Position numbers and translations under genes: made by a program. The notes beneath the pieces were generated by a model that was not told the DNA's origin, ran no database searches, and worked only from the letters and a program-made list of their open reading frames with translations. A stretch of 32,332 nt of DNA. It comes from Vicugna vicugna (Eukaryota). The stretch is taken from the NCBI GenBank assembly GCA_013265495.1, contig MU058584.1:747235-779566 (forward strand), given 5' to 3'. Below, piece by piece: positions 1 through 12,426 of this stretch. Each line of letters begins with the position of its first letter. Position 1 is the stretch's first letter.

Positions 1-810
1 GAAAGCTCCACTCATTTCTCTGCTGTGGGCCTAACTTGGATTCTCAATCTCTGCTGGTATTCCGTGTCCTCAGGGCCTACCTTGGCCAGTGCTCCTCTTC
101 TAAACACCGAGCGATTGTGGAAAGTTCTCTGATTTTCAGAAGGTTTTGATTTATCTTTTTCTCAGAGCAGCTTTGGAAGTTAGGCTGTTTTGAGGGGGGA
201 ACCAGCTGTGTGTTTGAGATTACTCTGAGTCCTAATCTTGTTGTTTTAGCCACAGGTGACCAACAGAAGCTCTGCTGGCTTGGCTTCTCTGTCCACCTGC
301 CTGGTCCAAGCTCAGATTCCCTTCCACTGGCCTTTACCCTAGATCAGCAGATACCCCAGGAGAAGGCAGCTGCATATCTCAGCTCTCCTTTGAAAGATTC
401 TCGCTGTCCTTAATTTTAGTTCCAATCTGTGTTGCTTTTGTAGCTCTCAGATGCCTTTAAAAAGGCTTTTTGTAATTTCCTCAGCTTTCATAACTCTTAA
501 CAGGAGTATTGGCCAGCTGTGAACTAATGTTTTTTCCATCTTGATTCCCTTGGGGATTTTTGAGGGACATCTGTGTTCTAAGTGGCCAACATTCTACTCC
601 CAGCTTTGGCCTCCCACTATCATGTTGGATTTTCTCCTCTCTCTTCTCACAACTCAGAATGTTTGTCCTTTTCTTACAGAGCAGTTTAGCCACTTCTTTT
701 GTCATCTAAATCATGATGCCCAAAGTTTTTGTGCCCAAAGTTCAAAATACCCAGGATAATTTGTTAAACAGAGAGATATCTACTGAGGTGGGAAATTATA
801 TAATTTTCTT

Positions 811-925
811 CATTTATTCATTTAACAGATATTCACTGAGTGTCTCCTTTTAGGTGCTGGGGATTTATAAGTAACCAAAACAGACCAAAGTCCCTACTTA
901 CATGTAGTTTACATTCTAGAAAGGG
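811..925 (-). mobile_element. L2 3'-end fragment
   Basis: catttattcatttaacagatattcactgag..taggtgctgggga..agtttacattctag. Confidence 0.65.
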
Positions 926-1460
926 CAAAAGTTATTGCAGTCTCTAATTGTGGTTTTAGATAGATTGTTTTTCGCCTTTGTCACACTGGCATAGGTTAGA
1001 TTTTTGTGACAACAGGGAGTATAATTACACTTTCATGATTTTAAATAAAGGGTGTGAGCAGAGCCCAGATTCCATTTCAAAATTTTAATAAAAAGACATA
1101 AGAGATGATTAAATGTATTGCATTTACCCTTTCCTCCCTATTTATTTAGGAGTTTTAAATTTAGAACACACTTTTCAGAGTTCTGAAATGTTTACTTGAG
1201 CCAGTTATGGGCTCTCTGTTACCGGAGGTATGTTTTAATATAGTTACAGATTTATTTTATACATGAGGATTGATGAAGTTACTAGAAGAAATTCCCGTTG
1301 GGTAGCAGCTAATGCTGCTTTATCCAGGAGAGGGATGAAGTGGAATGAAACAAGAAACAGTGCTCTCAAAGATTTTCTTTAGCTTAGGAAATAGACGAGA
1401 CTTGTTTTGCCCTAATTCACACAACACTGTTGCTTAGAAGATCTGCTTTTCTCTCGCCAG

Positions 1461-1636
1461 GTATATAATGACCAGTGGCAGAACCATGGAATCGACAAAG
1501 GAATTCTTCACAAAGCACAAGTACTTTGGTTTAAAGAAAGAGAATGTCATCTTTTTTCAGCAGGGAATGCTGCCTGCGATGAGTTTTGATGGGAAAATTG
1601 TTTTGGAAGAGAAGAACAAGGTTTCTATGGCTCCAG
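1461..1636 (+). CDS. UAP1: UAP1 internal coding exon (probably exon 4): (W)[58 protein letters not shown](D)
   Basis: Polypyrimidine tract plus CAG acceptor ending at 1460 and GT donor at 1637. The 176-nt translation matches the recalled mammalian UAP1/AGX sequence. Confidence 0.97.
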
Positions 1637-2091
1637 GTTTGTAACCATGCTTATTTACTGGTGACTAGAATTGGTAGTCACATAACTCATCAAATGCTGA
1701 TTTTCTCTTTAATACAGTGATTTGGATGTTAGAAAATTAATTTTTTTTTTTTTGCTATTTGGCACTGATTTTAAAAAATGGAACTGCCCATTGGTGAAAT
1801 GAATATGGTTTTATGCTTTTGTTGGATATCTGCCCTTTGAGCAGCTTCAGGGTATTTATTCTCTTTACCCAGTATTTTACATACAGTAGTGTTCATAGCT
1901 ACATTATTTATTGCAGTGAAAAATTGGAAATCATCTGCTGTTTAATGAATAAGAGGTTAAAGTATAGGTTACCTATAACATTATTTCTTAAACAGTATTA
2001 GAATAATTGTTTGGGGCTGTAAGTGACAAGGAGAAATAATTTCTGTAGGTTAAATAAGAATGAGGAATACAGAGCCACACGCACACTACAG

Positions 2092-2184
2092 TTGGGGCCA
2101 CCACTTTGCACAGTTAGTGTGTGCGCATTGTAGTTTGTTAATGGCAGCCCTAGGACTGAGCAGTGTGCTGCCTGTGTAGCCACA
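2092..2184. mobile_element. Possible degenerate MER91-like hAT-Tip100 MITE
   Basis: Locally GC-richer segment (aatggcagccctaggactgagcagtg) resembling recalled MER91. Confidence 0.3.
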
Positions 2185-2983
2185 TACTGTAACCCTAAGT
2201 GTGATCCTAACTATAAAAGCAGATGTGCTGATGGTTTCCTATCTATGTGAACCTCTGCTTGGAGGAAAGGCTGAAAGAAAATAAACAATGATATTGACAG
2301 TGGTGCTCTGCAGATGGAGGCTTTTGTTTCATCGCAATTCTTTTTTTTTGCTACTTAATTCTTTTTAGTTAATGAAAGAATTTACTATTTTTAGCTTTAT
2401 TTTGTGACGTTTTCTAACTTAATCATCATTTAGGCCGTGGCTGAGTTGTTGATGGAAGAAGCACTGAAAATAGATGGGGAAAGATGAGGCTTTTACTTAC
2501 GTTTAGTTTGTCGCCATAGACCTTCGTATTAATCTGGCTTCTTAACACATTATTTGGTGTAAATGCTCATGTATTTTTACCTTTAAGGTGGGTGAAATTG
2601 GCAGGGTTGGGACTATAAATACAGAGCTAACTTGAATCATACAAATGTTAGTAAAACTTGAAATTTATGAAATAATCATTGTCTGGTAAAGAATTTTATA
2701 TTTCTCAATATATTACAGGCCAAATTTTTAAAAGGGCTGAGTTAAAAAGAAAAGTGTTTTCTTTGGGGTTGCCCCGTCCCACATTAATAATGTTATTCTC
2801 TGGATACTTAGGTTAAATTACCTTTAAAATCACTTAGTATAACTTTTGGACACCTGAGCCCTTCCTCATGGATATTCAGTTTTCTTGGCCCTGTGTTGTA
2901 AAACTGGTTTTTCAGAGATCTAAGTTTAGAAACATTAAATGATCCTTGGGTTACCCTCATAATGAGTTCTGGTGTGCTACTAA

Positions 2984-3220
<237 letters not shown>

Positions 3221-3829
3221 TGACAGTATGTACATTCCAAGAGTCAAACTAGATTTATTAGGGTTTTTTGGATATTTTAGAAGCATTCATCTTCTAAAGT
3301 AGCTAAACTGTCCCGTACCCACATTTTTTCTTAAATTGGCCACATTTGATTCTAGAAGTGATGGGGTTTGCTTAGTCTGTCACGAGCAAGAGTTCAAAAT
3401 ATGTGGGGATGATTTGTAAGTACCTGGAAAAGTGAATGGGCTTCACTAGACCTGGGATGGATTTATGAATATGAAATTGTTGGATGCATTAATATCAAGT
3501 TGTATTTGGTCAGATTAACCCAGTTTCTTCCTATGATAAAGTTACTGGAGTAGTAGGCAAGGGAAGTTTGGTAGAAATAGCAGATTTAGACTTCAGCAAG
3601 GGATTAACCAAATTTGATAATTTGTGAATAAGGTTGGAGGTAAGGGCAATTAGGAGATTAAATAATTGCTTAAATGATCACAGACATACTGATACTGAGA
3701 CAGAGGGAGGGGGTAATGCCTTATAACGAGGCCATCTTTGGCACAATTCTTTTCAACATTTTATTTAGTTGCATGGATGATGATACAAGAGACTTGCCTT
3801 TATGACATGAAAGACCATAATAACATCTT

Positions 3830-4560
3830 GGAAGATTTTAAAGTATTAATGTAAATATTACTTTCCTGGAAATCTGTAAAGATATCAGTTCTCACTGAAT
3901 TTAAGTATAACTATAATTCTGATCAAAGTCCCAGTGAGACTGTTTTGGGGACATCTGACCAAATGATTGTAAAGTTTAAAATAAACATGTAAAGATGGCT
4001 AGGAAAATGTTGAAGAAAGATGATGGTAAGGAGGGAGAGGGTTGAGGACAATCTGTCAGATATTGAAATGGGTTATAAGTAAAAAGTAACTAGGAGTGTA
4101 GTACTGAAACCAGAACAGAACGACAGATTAACGGAACAGATCAGTGAGAAACAAACCCACATATATATAAGAATGTACTATATACAGATATGGCATTTCA
4201 GATCAGTAGGGGGAAATGAATGGGATTACTGGCTAAAAATAAAGATGTCACCTCCAACCAAGGCTCATACCAAAATCAGTTTCTAATGGATTACAAAGTA
4301 AAAACCCATAAAGATGTTGGAAGAAAATTTAGAATAATTTTATAATATTGACATGAAGGGAAGACTTTTCTACCAAAGCCGAAACTGTATAGTCTTCTGA
4401 CAAAAGCAGATTAGACTACATATAAATTTTAAATATATGGATTTAAAAAGAAAGGCTACCATAAAAGACACCATACTGTTGGTTGGAGATTGTCTATTAT
4501 AAAGATGCTGCTTCTCTCAAAATTAGTCTGTAAATCTAATGCAAAGTCATAGAAGCTGAA
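3830..4560 (+). mobile_element. Old L1 (L1ME-like) ORF2 3' fragments in intron
   Basis: A-rich degenerate sequence with L1 motifs (acagattaacggaacaga, ctcataccaaaatcagtttctaatggatta). Confidence 0.55.
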
Positions 4561-4889
4561 GTCAAATTTACTAGTGCAAGTTTTGAGCGATTAAGCTGAT
4601 AGACTTCATAAGATGCCTCCTGACTCTGAAAATAAAGGGTTGGTTTAGTTCATTGATTTAAGACCTCTGACTTTTTCAGTATTCTATGAGTATCTGTGCT
4701 GTACTGTGAATAGCTACTAAATTCTAATAGAAACAGTGCATTGGATTGTAATTATGTAGTTATTCAGCTTTAAAAAACAAAACAAAACGAAACAATGTAT
4801 TTCTGACTTTGTTCCACTTGGTGTCACTCTTCTTTCCAAAACAGAAATTTTACTGCTCCGAGTTTCAGAATCAATTTACATTCTAAATG

Positions 4890-5050
4890 ATTAGAGAGTG
4901 TTGAACCTGGGAGGGACCTCAGAGATCATCCTTAAGCCCAGAAATGAGCACCCTGAGTTTTAGTATCCCGAGCACCAGGCTCAAGGTCCTTCCTGACATT
5001 GGCAGAGGCAGGATTAGCACTATGTTTCCCAACTCTTAGCTTTAGTATTG
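4890..5050 (-). mobile_element. Degenerate MIR
   Basis: ggagggacctcagagatcatc and tggcagaggcaggattag motifs. Confidence 0.45.
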
Positions 5051-5189
5051 TATCACATTATAAAACCAAATTCTTTAGATTAATTATGTTTTTGCTGGCA
5101 ACTCAAAAAACTTTAAATTGGTGCACTAACTTTTATGAATGTACATACAGAGATGTAAGTGTAACCATTCTCTGTTCTCCATTACCCGT

Positions 5190-5285
5190 GGGTCCTCTAG
5201 GACAGATACTGTCTCAGTTTTTCTGCTTAGTTCTGTGTCTGGCATATAATGTAGTAGGAACTCAATGAACGGATAAATAAATGAA
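5190..5285 (+). mobile_element. L2 3'-end fragment
   Basis: gtgtctggcatata..gtaggaactcaatgaa..taaataaatgaa. Confidence 0.55.
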
Positions 5286-5925
5286 ACTTCAGTTGAAACT
5301 TAAATATGGCAACTGGCGTATGTTAAAAACTTAGAAATGCTAGAAACCATTTATGTAATCTGTCCTCCCACCCTTTCTCCTTTAATAAAAAAACAAGATA
5401 GTGGACTATATTTTTAACAAACATCTAAATTAGGGAGTAATTCCTAGTGTGTAGTAGAGTTCTTCGTAGTACTTCTTTAACAGGCTCCTGTATTGGTGAA
5501 TTAAGTATTTTTTATGGAGCCTTGAGAAAAGACTGAGTCAGTGGACTGGTTTACAGAAGTACAAAGAGTAGGAAGGATTATTAATTAAAGATCATTTTGT
5601 AAAGCAGTTACAGTAGCTTTGAGGTTAAAGAGTTATTTGGAACTCAGCTTTTTAGGATTTATTTTATAGAAAATCAAGAAACCTCTTAATTTATACTATA
5701 TATCTTTTCTGTGTCCTATAAACTGACTTCCAGCTTTATGCACTTTACAAATACTTTCTTTTGTAGTCTAGCCTTTTGTAGTGTTTGGAGGCTCGTAGTT
5801 GTCATAAAAGTAAACCTTTCACTGGCAGATTGACACTTGGGACATGTAAAATGTGAATATGCTTATTTTTATTTTCCATGGCTGGCCAGGAGTAGGGTTA
5901 TATAGCAGTGACTGCAAAATTAACC

Positions 5926-5951
5926 GTGTGTTTGTGTGTGTGTGTGTGTGT
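5926..5951. repeat. (GT)n microsatellite, interrupted
   Basis: gtgtgtttgtgtgtgtgtgtgtgtgt. Confidence 0.85.
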
Positions 5952-7412
5952 TTTAATGGGAACGGGGGAAGTCTGCTCAGATCCCCTGTCTAGTAAGGGA
6001 CCCACTGTGAAGTATTGGAAGTGAGAGGTACTGATGGCTTGATAGACTAGAATTGCAGAGTCTCATGATTGGTTGAAATCATTTTACTATATAACATGTC
6101 CCTCCAGTTTAATCCACTTGCTCGGTAGAAAGTTTCTTTTCATTGAGTACTGTACCCCTTTCAGGGTGGCAAACAGTGGGTCTACACAGCAGGCTTGCAT
6201 ATCCAGCGGCCCTGCCTCGCTGAGCTGCACCCAGCGTCTTTATCTCTAATTGCTGTGTAAACGAAGTGCTCAATGGTCGCTTTAGTTGTCTGGAAGAGAC
6301 TGCTCCTGACTGTATTTATTTTAAGAAATAAGTTGCTGAAGAAAAGTTCTAACTTCCTTGATATAATTTCGTGTATACTTAGGGTAGAATTTTCAAACTG
6401 GGGACAGATTTTTTCAGAATACTCTGAAGCATGCTGAATTGTTAATCAAACACGGCAAAGTGTCTTCAAGTATTTTTATTGTTTGATTCTTCTGTTGGAT
6501 ATTCATCTCATCTGAGGCTTGATTATTAGTGCATTACATTCAGTTCTTTCATACTTTTATTGTAAACAGTTAATTTAGGTCAAGAATATGGGACTAGTGT
6601 GGTGGGGTATCAAAATCACCTCTGAGGTTTTCTTTTAAAATTACATACTCTCTTACATTTTCCCTCTGATTTTGATTGCACACTTTTCTCTCAGCTCCCA
6701 CACCAGCTTAGAGCCACTGATAGATTATCAAATCACTGGCTTTCAAACTTTTTTTAAAGCATAGAATCTCTTACTCCAAACAAAATCTAGCATGCAAAAC
6801 AGATAAATACGGACGGACTTTTCTGATTGAAGTTGGAGTGAGAGCCCTGTGACTTGCCTGCTCTAACCCCCCTGCCTCCCAGCCAAGCCCCTGAAAAACA
6901 AGGAATTTGCTGTATTCATGAATGAAAATGAAAGAAACACCATTTTCAAATGAAATAATGATTTGGGCAATATAAAATGAGAGACAAAATGCCTTCTTTT
7001 ATCTTGTGAGTCCCAGAGACATTTCATTGCGTTTATTCTCAACGTAAGTGAGTGTGGTTAAGGATAAATTAAATAATAAAAATATGTTTGGGGGAATGTA
7101 GGCTCCTCATTTAATATTCCTTGTCCAGTGTAATTTCTTCTGGACCTTATGTGTATGATGAAATCTCTCTGCCGCGGTTTACTTAGATGCTAAATAGGAG
7201 GGAGATAATTTGCCTCTTTCCAATTGAAAAGTAGTCTGTCAAAATAATACAAAGATGGATAGGTGATTCTCTAAAGTTAAAGATTTCTCTTGACTTAATA
7301 CCTTTAAGGTAAAGTAAGTAAAACTGTAAATGTGGTCTTGGAAAATGCCAAATCTCCAGCATAGTGCCTGATTAAATTTCTTTCTCTACTCTTGTCTTTC
7401 TTTGGTGGGCAG

Positions 7413-7606
7413 GTGGTAGAGAAAACGAACCCTACAGAACCAGTTGGAGTGGTCTGCCGAGTAGATGGAGTGTATCAAGTGGTGGAATATAGTGAGATTT
7501 CTCTGGCAACGGCTCAGAAGCGAAGCTCAGATGGACGACTGCTGTTCAACGCGGGGAACATTGCCAACCATTTCTTCACTGTCCCATTTCTGAGAGATGT
7601 TGTCAA
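7413..7606 (+). CDS. UAP1: UAP1 coding exon: [64 protein letters not shown](N)
   Basis: AG at 7411-7412 and GTATGG donor at 7607. Contains the VEYSE substrate-binding motif and lies inside ORF 7392..7766. Confidence 0.97.
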
Positions 7607-8726
7607 GTATGGGCAGGATGGGGGCTTTAAAGATTGTGTTAATCAGAAGCCAAGTCACTTGAGAAGTAGGAGGAAACTTCGGGTCCATGTCCTGCATAAT
7701 CCATCTTCTTTCCTGAGGGTCACCTTTATCAGTGGCAGTTTGTGGATGAGTTGTAGTTGTGTTTAGTGAGGTGCATGCATCATCTGGTTGAAGTTTGTCA
7801 TGGCCCGTTCTCCCCAGTGCGTGAACAAGTCCAAAGCAATTCTCCTCTCTTTTCTCTTCTCCCCTCTTTCCAACTGTGCTAGGTTCTGGTGAAGCAAAGA
7901 ATAAGAAAGGAAACACCCTCTCTTTGCCACAGCTGGAAACCTTAAAAAAATATAGATGTCTACCCTCCATCTACTGAACAGAATTTCTGGAGGTAGATGC
8001 AGACATCTGTGTTTTTAAAAAGCTACCCACACAATTCAGTTTAGCGGGTTCTCAGACTAGCATTTAGGAACTAATGCATTTAGAAGGTGAAGAAAAAGGA
8101 AGTTGAGACCAGGATGGAAATCAGCATAGTAGTGCCAGCTAAGGATAAAATGAGAGCTGTTTTATCCCACCGGAATTTTAAGTGAAAGACATTTCAATAT
8201 CTGATTCTTCACTTGACTGCTTTTTAGACATTCAAGATGACTATATCTACTTTTTAAAAAGTTACTTAGCTTTGCTTTAGAATTTCATCTCCAGTTCCAA
8301 AATGTTTCCCATTCCGCTGTGCTTATTGTAGCTGTTATTAATTCATCCATAGTAACTGCCAGTACTCACCTTTCCATCCAACCCTTGAAGGCATCTCAGC
8401 TGGGAAAGTTGGGGCTAAGAGTAGAACATTTTATAAAAGACATGGAAATTATGGGAGAGACATTGGTGTGAGCTGTGTGTGTATATTTTTTTATTGTAGA
8501 GATCATTATTTGATTTTTTCATTTTAAGAAAATGATTAGGGAAATCTATTCATTTAATATTTTATTTAAATATGTGCTGCAATTTAACAAATGGCTCTTC
8601 TCTTTGAAAATCTTAGTACTTCTTGTTGATACAAATGTTGGTGCATTTGCTTCTGAGTGTGATTATAAGATTCTTTGGCATTTTAAATTTGCAAAGTGAT
8701 TGTCCTTTTTTTTCCCCCCTACTTAG

Positions 8727-8867
8727 TATTTATGAACCTCAGTTGCAGCACCATGTGGCTCAAAAGAAGATTCCATATGTGGATTCCCAGGGGCAGTTAA
8801 TTAAGCCAGACAAACCAAATGGAATAAAGATGGAAAAATTTGTCTTTGACATCTTCCAGTTTGCAAA
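8727..8867 (+). CDS. UAP1: UAP1 coding exon: (N)[46 protein letters not shown](K)
   Basis: Pyrimidine tract plus TAG at 8724-8726 and GTACGT donor at 8868. Contains the KMEKFVFD motif; phase 2 at both ends. Confidence 0.97.
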
Positions 8868-9652
8868 GTACGTTTTAAATAGCATAAGTAAGATTAAGTA
8901 TGTGCCTGGAAATGTTGCTTCTTACTCTCCCGGCAGGACATTCTTTTCAGAAAACAGTAGATAGCATGTATGTCAGGTATGGCATTTTGATCGTGAGTGT
9001 ATAGTCTAGAGTCATTATAATTCTCTAGTATGCAACTACCAATCCAATAGTGAAGTTTGAGTACTTTTTAAAAATTTTTTCAATTAGTTCATCATCTGAC
9101 TCTCCTGAAAAATTGCTAACAGTCAGTTATTTTGGCTGAGAGACAAGGTTGAGATAGAGAATTGGCCCATTTTGTGTGTTGGATGTCTTCCTGGCTTATG
9201 AGTAAAGGTTTCAGTGCACGTGTATTTAGCTTATATGGCTCTCTATGAAAGGTCACATTGATGCTGAGATTTGTGTCTTAGAATTTAACCAGTATGAAAA
9301 TGGAGAAGATTCATCTTCCCATATGCACTTCTAAATCATTCTTTTTGCCTGTTTTTTTTTTCTAGAATAGATACTAATATAATCTTTTTTGCATTAAGAT
9401 TTCTAACCTTTCTGACTTAAGATGAAGTGTTTTATAGTCGGAAGTGGAAATAAATTCTCATTTTGCACAGAGGAGAGAACGCCAGCTTTATTTAGTCCAG
9501 GAATGAGCATTATTTCTTTCGGCTTTCATTTGACATTGGCCTGGGAGAGCCTGCTGCTGAAGACCAAAGCCTCAGCTGTGCAGAGAGGAGTCAGGAGCTG
9601 TGTCTGCAGTTTTATTTCATGATTAAGCAATGTTTGTTTGGCTCCACTCTAG

Positions 9653-9841
9653 GAAGTTTGTGGTGTATGAAGTACTGCGGGAAGATGAGTTTTCCCCGCT
9701 AAAGAACGCAGACAGTCAGAATGGGAAGGACAACCCCACGACTGCACGGCACGCTTTGCTGTCCCTCCATCATTGCTGGGTCCTCAACGCCGGGGGCCAC
9801 TTCATAGATGAGAATGGCTCTCGCCTTCCAGCCATTCCCCG
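9653..9841 (+). CDS. UAP1: UAP1 coding exon: (K)[62 protein letters not shown](R)
   Basis: AG at 9651-9652 and GTGAGT donor at 9842. Contains the EFSPLKNA motif with the conserved Lys. Confidence 0.97.
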
Positions 9842-10958
9842 GTGAGTCGGCACCTTTGCTCTTTTGTGTGGCTGCTTCCTGGTCTTTTTCTCTTGGACTT
9901 CTTTCTCCTCTCTCTCTGATGTATTCCTAGATGTTTTCTAAAAAAGCGAAGTATTGATATGGGCAGTTCCTGATGTGAAGTAATGAAGGCTTTGCCCATT
10001 ACAAAGAGAATAATAGTTTTACTTCCCCTTAAAGAGGAATCTTCTAAATCTTTTAGTTTTTTTTTTTTTTGGATACGTCTCTATCGTGTCAGTGAAATGG
10101 CTCCTACTGATGGTCAGAAGGTAATTCTTCTGGGGTGCCACATGGTTAAAGTTGTCGGCAGCCACTGTGCCGCAGGGCACAAGGATTGGTTGTTGCTGCC
10201 ATGTATCTGTGGCCTCACTACAAGTGCTGTCTACGAGACCCCCTGCCCCTGTCCCCTGAGAAGGCCTGCCACCCACAGGCTGCCCACGAGACACAAGCTA
10301 GTGCTGGTCTCCGCACAGCACGCTCAGGGTGCTGAGGGAGGTGGCAGGAAGGCAAGTGCATGCCACTTAACATTCACTGATGTCAAACTTTAGAAATGTT
10401 TAGGAATTTTAGAAGTTTAAAAAGAAGAGGATCCCTGGAGCTACTCAGATCTGAGATAAAGCACTTTTAAGCTAAATCTTGTATTTTGTGATAAAACCTT
10501 CATTGGCACCTAGAATTCCCCCTTTCTAAATCAGGCGATGTTTCTGTACTTACATAAAAACATTTTGCCGTATAATTTATATTCGTAAGAGATAAGATGG
10601 CTGTCTGCATGCACGAAAGCACTCGAATGCCTTGATGAATGTTAGAACATTGGACATTGGAACTTACTGGTCCATAGCTGTGTTTTTACAAGAAGGAGCA
10701 GCGGTAAACTGTCTCACAGTCCAAGGCCATTTCAGGCTCTGTCTTGTCAACAAGCTTGCTCTGTGGCATGTCAGCTTGTCCTCATGCTTCGTCTTTGGCC
10801 ATTGATTTTTTTTTTTTTTACCCCCTCAGATCTCCTTTGCCAAGTTTATGATTTGCCATAAATACAAGCCTTTCCGTCAAGTATATTTTGCAGTTCCACT
10901 TCATTTTTATTGTTTGGTTTGTTTCCCTTCCCATTAATGCTTATTTATTCCCACATAG

Positions 10959-11009
10959 CAGTGCTCCAAATGGAAAGTCAGAGACCATCACAGCTGATGT
11001 CAATCACAA
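10959..11009 (+). CDS. UAP1: UAP1 51-nt cassette exon (17-aa insert distinguishing AGX2 from AGX1): (R)SAPNGKSETITADVNH(N)
   Basis: TAG acceptor at 10956-10958 and GTAAAT donor at 11010. It is 51 nt, phase 2/2, so it can be skipped in frame. The peptide matches the recalled AGX2 insert. It is too short for the ORF track. Confidence 0.93.
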
Positions 11010-11029
11010 GTAAATATACCAGCCTGCCT

Positions 11030-11235
11030 GCAGCGCATGGTGGTGGGGCTGCGCTTCCCTCCTTACTAACTGGCGTTGTAGTTTAGTGCTCTCTGCCATT
11101 TGGTGGTCCGGGCGGGGTGGATGGTTGAAGCTTTGGTGGGTTGTACTGCTTACTTGGTGGCAGGTATCTGTCTGGATGACACTAACGCAGAATCTCAGTG
11201 CATGCTGGAAATGGGGAGCATGCTTTACTAAAGAA
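11030..11235 (+). promoter_or_regulatory. Intronic splicing-regulatory cluster downstream of the cassette exon
   Basis: ACTAAC at 11065 and 11181, TGCATG at 11199, GCATG at 11035 and 11218, and several TGGTGG repeats (11038, 11101, 11134, 11155). Confidence 0.65.
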
Positions 11236-12426
11236 TCTGACCATGGGTATTTGAGCCCGTGGTGGCTCAAATGAAGTGCAAGAGAAAATCTAGAGCAAGT
11301 CACAGGCCAGGGAGAACCAATCTGGAATCCCAATTTTCCCCTTTTAGCATAAGCATTAGTTAGATAAAAATAACATTCTGCAGATGTGTCTTGCTGAATT
11401 GGATATAGGCTCTCAGAATAAAGGCTAACTGCTCCTGACATATTTGATAGCTCTTAATGTGGAGAAAACTGTTCTTTTGATTTATGTTCATACTTAATAA
11501 CTCCGTTTTTGGTCTCTCGGTTAATTTTAGTCAGTTATTATCCTGTGCCTAAAGAAAGTATATTTTTGTCTTAATGATAGATAATTTTTAGCTAGGAGTA
11601 GCATGTATCCTCTCTCATTATGGTACTGATAAGATTTGAAAAAGCCATTATCTTTATAGCTAAAGAGGCAGCTTGATATTCTTGTTACACTTTAAAAATT
11701 ATTAGGTTTAGTTTGAATTTTAAGTTTTTAAGAAAATTTGGGAAATGTGTACAGGGCAGAGGATCTGGAGGTGGGAGTTACCTCAGAAACAGAGCAGTAG
11801 AGATGTCGGTTTCATCCGTGTTTTTTTCCCCTGCCGGTGCCGCTCATCTTTGCCCTGGAGAGACAGGGCCCTGTGACTGTTGGTGTTTCTGGGCTGTGGC
11901 CCTGGAGACGAGGTGGACTCACGGAGCTGGCTAGTTAGTTTCTTGTCGGAGCTGTGGGTGAGGTCGCCCCTCGTGTCATGGCAGCTGGGATGCAGAGCCC
12001 TTCGTCATTTTTGGTTCCATTCATCATTTTTAATATGTGGAAGCAAGTTGCTTTTACAATTAAAGGAATAATTTTTTTGACTCTAAATTTCCTTTTCATT
12101 GAACCACAGCTTTTAATCTAAAAAGTAGAATAGTTTCTTAGTTATACAACTGAAAACAACATTCAGCTATCTCAATTAAGATACAGAGAGTTTTAAACAT
12201 TTCTTAGTTCTTACTTGGATTTTTCAGTTTCATATTCCCCTGACTCCGTTTACTTCATTTTAGCCATTTGTAGAATAATTAAACTGAAATAAAAGTTTGG
12301 CCCCAAATGAGATCATGGACTTAGAAGCAATAGTTCCTGCTGGAATTCTTAGCACTAAAGGATGCCCTCATAGAGTAGAAAAAGGAAGTATTCTGTATAA
12401 AAGAGGGAAAAGACAGCTTGGAGGTA

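Noticed and set aside
7155..7260. Intronic C/D-box snoRNA (ATGATGA box C-like)
   Set aside because: No CTGA box D or terminal stem at a suitable distance.
7392..7766. ORF-track proteins 7392, 8623, 9630 and 15664 as standalone genes
   Set aside because: Each is a UAP1 exon extended into flanking intron. Homology stops at the splice sites.
7527..7970. 147-aa antisense ORF (and similarly 11004..11441, 9983..10393, 10019..10294)
   Set aside because: No recognisable domain. These are expected chance ORFs in GC-richer intronic or antisense sequence.
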